From a virus (taxonomy: Duplodnaviria; Caudoviricetes), in IMG/VR virus record IMGVR_UViG_3300028595_000032, positions 1 through 37,394 of that record: a stretch of 37,394 nt of DNA. One strand, written 5' to 3'. Below the pieces are notes generated by a model that saw only the letters and a list, made by a program, of their open reading frames with translations, was not told the DNA's origin and made no database searches. Below, in pieces: positions 27,103-34,028 of the stretch; position 1 is the first letter of the stretch, and each line of letters starts with the position of its first letter. A program made the position numbers and the translations under genes.

Positions 27103-27623
27103 TTTTGGCTAGTGATATTAATGACAATTTATCAAAAGCTTATATTGGTGATGATCAAATATTGTCTACTCTTGAAATAAGGCATGTCTCTTTTGTCGAA
27201 AATGAAGTGCCTTATGCTTTAAGGATTGTTAACGATAACCAAGACTTTCAGGGGTTAATTGAAAGTGATGCGGTACTTGATGCCGGTAGCATGGTTTTGT
27301 TTCAGGCTTGTCCTTTTCGTGTTGTTATGCCTGAAAAAGGAAATTTGATTCCAAGTTTGACGGTCGGTATTGACGATATTTCGTTGACATTAAGACCTTA
27401 TTTGTTGAAAGCTAAAAACTATTTTTCGCCTATTTGGGTTGTATATAGGGAGTATTTGACAGAATATCCCGAACCTCAATTGAAGTATGTATACAGGGTT
27501 TTAAAATCATCTGGAATGAATACAGTCGAATTTACTGCTGAAATGTCAAACTATTATAATAGAAAGGTCTTGAATAAAAAAATATTGGTTGACGATTTTC
27601 CGGGTCTTTCTATAGGTGAATAA
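27099..27623 (+). CDS. DUF1833-family minor tail protein
   Basis: TLEIRH, LRIVND, FQACPF..MP, P.L.VGID.I and VYREYL motifs. Confidence 0.85.
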   Translation: MILASDINDNLSKAYIGDDQILSTLEIRHVSFVENEVPYALRIVNDNQDFQGLIESDAVLDAGSMVLFQACPFRVVMPEKGNLIPSLTVGIDDISLTLRPYLLKAKNYFSPIWVVYREYLTEYPEPQLKYVYRVLKSSGMNTVEFTAEMSNYYNRKVLNKKILVDDFPGLSIGE

Positions 27624-28010
27624 TTGGTCTGGTTTAACCGATATATAGGCAAAAAGTGGACATTTGATTATAACTGTTGGTCTTTGGTTGTCGATGTTTA
27701 TAAAAATGAGAGAAAAATAGAAATCCCAGATTATAAGTTACTTGTTAATAACCGAAAATATTACAGTGTTATGATTTCATTGATGGATGAAAGGGACAAC
27801 TGGTTTGAGGTTGAAAACCCTCAAACGTTTGACGTTTTATTATTTTACAATCCGGTCCCTTCTCATATAGGCATCTACGATAAAAAATTCAATGGTGTAT
27901 TGCATGCTGTTGAAAAAACAGGCGTTGTGTTCCAGCGCCTAAACGACTATGGGATGGATAAATGGCTGAAAATCAAATCGTTCAGAAGAAAATTAACATA
28001 TACTATATGA
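27624..28010 (+). CDS. NlpC/P60 tail-tip protein (gpK-like)
   Basis: YIG..W, NCWSLV, HIGIY and VLHA catalytic triad pattern. Confidence 0.9.
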   Translation: MVWFNRYIGKKWTFDYNCWSLVVDVYKNERKIEIPDYKLLVNNRKYYSVMISLMDERDNWFEVENPQTFDVLLFYNPVPSHIGIYDKKFNGVLHAVEKTGVVFQRLNDYGMDKWLKIKSFRRKLTYTI

Positions 28011-31000
28011 GCGGGGTAGATAGTTCTTTCTATTCAGTCAAGGAAGTAAACGCTTGCCGGTTAGCTGGTCTTGTCAGGGGTATTAGAGGAAATGTCGTTC
28101 TAGTTGTGGACAAAGGACGTGTCTTTTCTATTGGTGAATACAGAGACTACAAAAATCTTATACCGGTTTATCATCTTTTTATCGTCTATTTTCCGGCAAA
28201 TCAGAGAAACAAGGGGCTTGCAACAATTATACAATTGGCGACAATGTTTTCGTCTTTTTACTTGATGGATTATATGGGCGGCTTGAATTGGGTTAAAAGT
28301 CTGTCTAGTGCCGGTCAGTTTTTTGTAAAGGGCATGGCTGGTATGTTGTTAAGCTATGGCGGGGGCCTTTTGTATAACTCCTTTGTACCATTGCCTGAAG
28401 ATCAAGTAAAACCTGATTTAACGCCAAACGCTACGTATGAAATAAACTACCGAAAGAATTACTTTAAGACCGGTTCTCCGATACCTGATTTATATGGTGT
28501 TTTAAGGGTTTATCCCTACCATGCCATGACGCCTTATTCGGAGTATCTAAATAATCAAAAATATTTCAATCTTTTGTTCCTGGTTTCTCATGGCCGATGC
28601 CAGTTTGAGGATGTCCGTTTTGGCGATATCCCTTTGACAAGTTCTCTTTTTGGTGATTACCAGGGGGTCCCTGATATTCAGATCCAATACATTTATCCTC
28701 ATGAGCAACTTCACTTGTTCCGTGATAATGTGTATCTGAATAATTCGGTCGCTTCTTGTAAGCTTGAGTATGGAAGAGAATTTGGACCGTTTAAGACGTG
28801 CTCAAAAGTTGAAACGATTGTTGCTATTGCAGTTGATCTGACCTTTCCCAATGGGATCTGTGAAATTAATGCAACATTTGGAAGCGCTTTTCAACGGACA
28901 GTTCAGGTTGATATAAAATATCGAAAAATTGACGAAGAAGATATACCAATTGATGATTGGCAAATTAAAAGTTTTTCTTTTACGAATGATGTCTATCACC
29001 AATTGTCGTATACACTGAAAATTGATGTCCCCGATGGTCGTTATGAGGTCAGTTTTGAAAATAAAAGCGTTTATGATCAATACAAAAGGGGCATGTGTAT
29101 TGTCCAATCGTTAAAGGGGTTGAAGGATTCTAAACGGACATACGGCGACAAAACATTGATAGCAGTCAGATGTCGAAGTATAGAAGGCATAGAGCTTGAT
29201 AGGTTTAATGTTAAAGCTTGCAGGTATTTGAAGCATTGGGATGATAACGAAAAAACATGGTCTGAAAACTATGCACGGTCTTGTGTGATGTGGTCGGCTG
29301 TGAATCTATTGATGTATTATAATGACGATATACAGGAATCTGATATTGATTGGAATACATTTTATCCTTTACAGAGTGCGTATTATTCTACTCGTAAAGG
29401 ATTTTGCGGCTACAATGCATATTTGACTGAGTCGAATGACTTACTATCAGCTTTGTCTGACTGTCTTAGGGTTGCAAGGATCTTTTATTATGTTATTGGT
29501 AATAAAATCTCGTTTGTCAGAGATGAACCAATTGACTATGTATCAGCAGTTTTCAGTGCTGATAATATTAAGTCATGGACCGAAGAAATTGGTTATACTA
29601 CAAATGATCTTGCAAAAGCTGTAAATGTTTCTTACTTTGATTCAAAGATAGATGTTAAAGATTCAGTCTTATGTGAACCTGACATTATATCTGAAATTGA
29701 AACCGGCACAATTCCTACTATCGAAATATCAGGCGTTACAGATAGAGAACATGCATGGAGAGAAGGGAAGTACCATATCGAAAGCAGTCTTAAAAGAAGG
29801 CATTATCTTACAATCGTTACAGATAGAGAAGGATATATACCCATATTTCATTCTAGGGTGAAAGTATTCATTGATATGCCTAAAGGCGAGATTACTTTGA
29901 GAAATGTTCAGTATAGAGGGTTCTATTTGAGGATTGATCATAATTTTGACAGTGCTGATTTAACTCTTTTTTTTATTGAAGGTGATGAATATTCTATATT
30001 TCAGTTTGATTCCGATTCTGTTGGGTCTTCTAGTTTTATTGGTGATTTTTTTCTTGGTTCAGATGCATTCCATATTGATGGACATGATATTTATTTAAGG
30101 GAAGCACTAGACCGGTCTTTTTTGGCGGAAAGCAGCCAAACGAATGGTTATATATTCTTACGAAAATCAGACGGTGTTCATCATGTTTATGCTTTTGAAG
30201 CTTACAGCGATATCTTTTATATAGATCGATCTTTTGATGGTCCTTATTCTCATTTATTCCTTAGAACAATGAGAGGTAATCTGACGCCTGCTGCTAATGA
30301 CAGTGCTATTGTTGGTGGAAGTATTGTTAATGTGAATCAATTAATTGATGATGATATCCGATGTATATTATTTTCAAATGAATTGGAAGCGTACGAAGAA
30401 GACTTTCAGGTTATCAAAATAAGGGGCGTTGGTAATGATATTGAATTGAGTCTTGTCAATTATGTTGGCATAGTTGACACTGGCACTATGCCTGAAAGGC
30501 CGGTTTATACTTCTGTACCGTTAACAGTAGTAGAATACTATTCGCCATACTCAGAAGATCGTTCCTATGAAGGGCTATATAACGAAAATAGTTTTTATTA
30601 TAGATATCCAAATAACGATTCATGGCAAATTGTCAATAAAGGGGTCGTTAAGATAAGAATAAAGGTGCATTTGCATTTTTATTTTTACTATCTTCGTTTA
30701 ACTACATATCAAGACGGTGGGAAGCCAGGTGACCCCTATTGGGAGAAAAAGACTGTTTATAATGCATATTATACAGGGTATTCATTCAATTTAATTTTAG
30801 GCATAAGATCTAATGGTGTATGGTCAGAGGAAGTGCAATTTATTGAAAACAGAGATATTGATTCAGAATTTAGTACAGAAGATAGCTCTGAATTGTGGGG
30901 GTCCAGACCTCACCCTAAAGTGATAGCGATAGAATCTGACACATATATTGATGAAATAGACAGTTATTATATCAAGGTGGAAATTCCAGATAGTAATGCT

Positions 31001-31099
31001 CTGCCTACATATCCCTCCTATGGAAATGAAGGCGAAAATGTTTTTCTTTTTGAAAAAAGTTATATGGAGGACTATCTAAAAGAAGAGGACGCAAAGTAA
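28007..31099 (+). CDS. Tail tip / host-specificity protein (fused gpI-gpJ-like)
   Basis: G.PIP.LYG.LRVYP, VDLTFPNG, VPDGRYEV, SFVRDEP and GVTDREHAWREG. Start placed at the ATGA overlap 28007 (ORF track starts at 27962). Confidence 0.88.
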   Translation: MSGVDSSFYSVKEVNACRLAGLVRGIRGNVVLVVDKGRVFSIGEYRDYKNLIPVYHLFIVYFPANQRNKGLATIIQLATMFSSFYLMDYMGGLNWVKSLSSAGQFFVKGMAGMLLSYGGGLLYNSFVPLPEDQVKPDLTPNATYEINYRKNYFKTGSPIPDLYGVLRVYPYHAMTPYSEYLNNQKYFNLLFLVSHGRCQFEDVRFGDIPLTSSLFGDYQGVPDIQIQYIYPHEQLHLFRDNVYLNNSVASCKLEYGREFGPFKTCSKVETIVAIAVDLTFPNGICEINATFGSAFQRTVQVDIKYRKIDEEDIPIDDWQIKSFSFTNDVYHQLSYTLKIDVPDGRYEVSFENKSVYDQYKRGMCIVQSLKGLKDSKRTYGDKTLIAVRCRSIEGIELDRFNVKACRYLKHWDDNEKTWSENYARSCVMWSAVNLLMYYNDDIQESDIDWNTFYPLQSAYYSTRKGFCGYNAYLTESNDLLSALSDCLRVARIFYYVIGNKISFVRDEPIDYVSAVFSADNIKSWTEEIGYTTNDLAKAVNVSYFDSKIDVKDSVLCEPDIISEIETGTIPTIEISGVTDREHAWREGKYHIESSLKRRHYLTIVTDREGYIPIFHSRVKVFIDMPKGEITLRNVQYRGFYLRIDHNFDSADLTLFFIEGDEYSIFQFDSDSVGSSSFIGDFFLGSDAFHIDGHDIYLREALDRSFLAESSQTNGYIFLRKSDGVHHVYAFEAYSDIFYIDRSFDGPYSHLFLRTMRGNLTPAANDSAIVGGSIVNVNQLIDDDIRCILFSNELEAYEEDFQVIKIRGVGNDIELSLVNYVGIVDTGTMPERPVYTSVPLTVVEYYSPYSEDRSYEGLYNENSFYYRYPNNDSWQIVNKGVVKIRIKVHLHFYFYYLRLTTYQDGGKPGDPYWEKKTVYNAYYTGYSFNLILGIRSNGVWSEEVQFIENRDIDSEFSTEDSSELWGSRPHPKVIAIESDTYIDEIDSYYIKVEIPDSNALPTYPSYGNEGENVFLFEKSYMEDYLKEEDAK

Positions 31100-31444
31100 A
31101 TGGCTGAAAGTGCTCATATTTGGACGTTTGGTTTACCTGAAGATGATGGCTATAGTGAAAAACCATGTCCAATTATAGAAACATCAGAATTTATATCAGG
31201 GAAAAGAAAATATCGTAAACAATCAACACTGTCACGTGTCGAGGTTTCTGTAAGTTTTGTGCTTACATTAGAAGCGTATGATTATTTTAATATTTTCTAT
31301 GATAATACTAATTCTGGGACGGATGCGTTTCAAATGGAGCTTTTGACCGGTACACACGATGTTTGCATTATACCTGGGTCACTGAATGTCAAAAGTGACA
31401 GTCCATATGTTAAGATTTCCTTTACCGTTGAGTATTTCAAATGA
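31100..31444 (+). CDS. gpM-like / distal tail minor protein
   Basis: P..DGYS..P, SE..SG..K.R, VSVSF.L and F..FY...G...F.M.L pattern; GAGGA RBS. Confidence 0.65.
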   Translation: MAESAHIWTFGLPEDDGYSEKPCPIIETSEFISGKRKYRKQSTLSRVEVSVSFVLTLEAYDYFNIFYDNTNSGTDAFQMELLTGTHDVCIIPGSLNVKSDSPYVKISFTVEYFK

Positions 31445-31983
31445 ACGAAAACAGGATAAGATTGATCGTGTACTTGATCAGTCCTTTGGTTTGCATTCTG
31501 GGAGTTGTTTATAATAATTACGGAAATGCACAGTTCAGAGATAGTATATTTCAGGTCCAATTGATACTTTATTTTGTTGTTATCGTCATTTCTGTGGGAT
31601 GTTTTTTTAAATATATCTCTCAATGGTATCTAAGAGAACTCAGAATACTGATTCTATTTAAGTGTATCTTTGCTTCGTATGTCGCAGTTTCAAGTTTTTA
31701 TTTTATTCCCTTGTTAACTCAATGGATCGCTGATAAAAGCTATCTCAGTATAAATATCCAATCTGATCAGCTTTGGTCAACGGCTCAAATAGGCTTTGTA
31801 GTTTCTTTTATGGGCGCCATATTAGGTGCTTTTCTTGATTTTCCGACTTTGATCGATCTGAGGATTGGTTCTAAGTTAAATGTCCCCTTTTTTGGAGAGA
31901 CTGGCCTAGAAATGAATTTGTTGACAGAAGAAAAATTAATCGAGTTGGAAAAAGAAATACAATCTTGGAAGGACTCCGCATAA
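31441..31983 (+). CDS. Multi-pass membrane protein, paralog of 32404..33093
   Basis: About 4 hydrophobic segments; C-terminal FGE...E..LLTEE.L.EL. Confidence 0.8.
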   Translation: MNENRIRLIVYLISPLVCILGVVYNNYGNAQFRDSIFQVQLILYFVVIVISVGCFFKYISQWYLRELRILILFKCIFASYVAVSSFYFIPLLTQWIADKSYLSINIQSDQLWSTAQIGFVVSFMGAILGAFLDFPTLIDLRIGSKLNVPFFGETGLEMNLLTEEKLIELEKEIQSWKDSA

Positions 31984-31984
31984 C

Positions 31985-32446
31985 ATGACAAAAGCGTTAT
32001 TCACGATAAGAAGGGCTGGTAAAATATTCGGTTGGACTTGTTTTGTTGTCTCTTGCCTTATTATTTGCTTGTTAAAAATCCAGATTTATAATGAGATGCG
32101 GACGCTTGAGCATTTGCGGCTAGAGGCTATCGATGGTTTAATGAAGTCAGCGAAAGAAATCGTGACAAATACAACTCGTGTTTATCTGGATTCTCGCATT
32201 TCCCAAATTGTTGAAAAACCTGTAAGAGATTATATTGAAAACGAATCTGAACAGTTAATAGAGCTATACCTCAAGAGTGATGTTGAGGTGCTTATACAAG
32301 ATACAACTAGAGATATGATATCTATATTTATAAGAAATGAAATCAAAAGACAAATAAGTGTTTATCTGGATGGCATTTACCCGCAAAACGAAAGGCTTGA
32401 CACATGGCGTGTACGAATCGAAGACAGGAACGACAAGGAAAAGTAG
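31985..32446 (+). CDS. Single-TM protein with a helical soluble domain
   Basis: Basic N-terminus, one TM, amphipathic helical repeats. Confidence 0.75.
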   Translation: MTKALFTIRRAGKIFGWTCFVVSCLIICLLKIQIYNEMRTLEHLRLEAIDGLMKSAKEIVTNTTRVYLDSRISQIVEKPVRDYIENESEQLIELYLKSDVEVLIQDTTRDMISIFIRNEIKRQISVYLDGIYPQNERLDTWRVRIEDRNDKEK

Positions 32447-33093
32447 AGTCAATTTTTACAGAAATTGACGATACAGCTTTTGTCTATGTCTTTTTTATGC
32501 TCGGTTGTACCTTTACGCTGCTATTCTATAGCTGGTTGTTTTGGGGGAACTATTTTTTCAGGATTGTCTTAAATCTGTTAGAACTTAAGGTCGCTTTTAC
32601 AGGTATATTTCTAAGCATGGCTGTCGTTGCTGTTTTGTATTCTGCTTATTCTGAGCTAGACGGACACTTTAAAGAAATTCGTGATGAGCTAATTTATAAT
32701 TTTGGATTAATATTAATTGTCTTTTTTTGTTCATTGTTTTTCGGCTTTTTGCTAGTTGATTGGTTTGCAAAAGAACAATATAAAGACTTGAATCCTATAG
32801 CAGGAATTAAGTGGTCTTTGTGGGAATATCATTCACAAAGACTGCTTAACCATATTTGTCTAGACGCCTTGTTTGACGTAGTTTTGATCAGAATGTTAAG
32901 GCTATCATCTTTTGGCAAGGTTCCTGCTATAGGTCGTATAGCTATTGCAAAGAAAATTCTTGATGAAAAAGAGGTTGAACTAATCCTTTTAAGACAGAGA
33001 AATATTAGAGACAAATTGATACAAGAATACAAGAAAAAGGCTAAGATCGAATATCAAGAACTATCTTTTTTTGAAAAGCTAAGATTTTATTAA
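32404..33093 (+). CDS. Multi-pass membrane protein, paralog of 31441..31983 (start uncertain)
   Basis: 3-4 hydrophobic segments; C-terminal IG.IAI.K.IL....V..IL..Q. Confidence 0.8.
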   Translation: MACTNRRQERQGKVESIFTEIDDTAFVYVFFMLGCTFTLLFYSWLFWGNYFFRIVLNLLELKVAFTGIFLSMAVVAVLYSAYSELDGHFKEIRDELIYNFGLILIVFFCSLFFGFLLVDWFAKEQYKDLNPIAGIKWSLWEYHSQRLLNHICLDALFDVVLIRMLRLSSFGKVPAIGRIAIAKKILDEKEVELILLRQRNIRDKLIQEYKKKAKIEYQELSFFEKLRFY

Positions 33094-33602
33094 AGCAGAT
33101 CAAAATTGATCAAGAACGTTTTCCCCTTGTACTGATGTTCTTTTTTGGGCTGTTCTTTTTTTTGTGACCAGCAAAGAAGCGATATACCGAATTCTTTTTC
33201 AATGTGAGTTAATACCAATGTTCTAATGAAATCGTTTAGGTCGAGGTCTGAGGCCTTGAAATAAACGATTATCCTTTCATACATAGAGACAGTTAATATA
33301 CTGTCTCTTTTGTACTTTCCGGGCTTTCTGTTTGGACTTGATAACAAAACGTTTTCGAAGGTTTTGTTGGTGAAAAAGCCCTCTTCGAAAGTCCAGTCTT
33401 CAAAAATTAAGACTTTATTCTTATAGGTCATTTTGACCGGTTCTCCGATCCAACAATTTTCTTTGATTGATTTGCGTTCTATGAAATAATCACAAATCAA
33501 TTCTCTTGCCAAAACGCCGGCGTTTATATTGTTGATAGCTAAAAAACGTTTTGCTAGAAATGGAAGATTTAAGTGGATTCTTTTTAATTTGTTTTTTTTC
33601 AT
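33090..33602 (-). CDS. Putative DNA-binding protein with two ribbon-helix-helix-like domains
   Basis: KRIHLNLP..NAGVLARELICDYF and ILTVSMY..DLNDFIRTLVLTHI; AGAGG RBS. The CDS looks real; the fold is an inference. Confidence 0.6.
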   Translation of the reverse strand: MKKNKLKRIHLNLPFLAKRFLAINNINAGVLARELICDYFIERKSIKENCWIGEPVKMTYKNKVLIFEDWTFEEGFFTNKTFENVLLSSPNRKPGKYKRDSILTVSMYERIIVYFKASDLDLNDFIRTLVLTHIEKEFGISLLCWSQKKEQPKKEHQYKGKTFLINFDLL

Positions 33603-33887
33603 TTTTTCCTCTTTTTATTGTTTTATTATTCTTTTACTCTCACCCATTAACCTTACACTATCATTAATGTACGAAAAAGTAAAGCATTTTTTGTATTTTT
33701 ATTTTTGCTTCTTAGGCCGGAATGGTCCCGGAGTGGTTTTTATATATGCTGATATGCTGTTCTTTGCGCTGTTGTGATATAGGGGCGAGGGGCGTTCAAT
33801 ATTCCGGAGCGGTTTTTGATTTTTCGTATCTATAGAGGCATGGGAAAACTGATTTTTTGCCTTTTTTTTGTATCCTCAAAAATATAT

Positions 33888-33997
33888 TTGACAATAGGTA
33901 TTTCATGATATATTTATGAGATGTTAAGCAATCTTAAAAATAATTCCCTGTAAGGGCTCGCTTAAAATTAAGATTGCTATAGAATTCCCTGTAAGGG
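33888..33997 (+). promoter_or_regulatory. Promoter-like and operator-like leader of the 204-bp array
   Basis: TTGACA 33888-33893 and TGnTATATT 33906-33914 (short 15-bp spacer); 11-bp IR AGCAATCTTAA/TTAAGATTGCT; 15-bp DR AATTCCCTGTAAGGG x2. Confidence 0.55.
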
Positions 33998-34028
33998 ACA
34001 AAGATCAAGCATTGAATCAAGTTTTTTC

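Noticed and set aside
2096-33032. Short antisense or alternate-frame ORFs inside larger genes (e.g. 2096+, 4027-, 10581-, 14167+, 19415-, 22128-, 25080-, 28802-)
   Set aside because: Shadow ORFs contained in or largely overlapping well-supported genes, with no motifs of their own.
33529-33777. 82-aa hydrophobic ORF
   Set aside because: Antisense overlap with the start and promoter of the 170-aa gene; T-rich intergenic composition.
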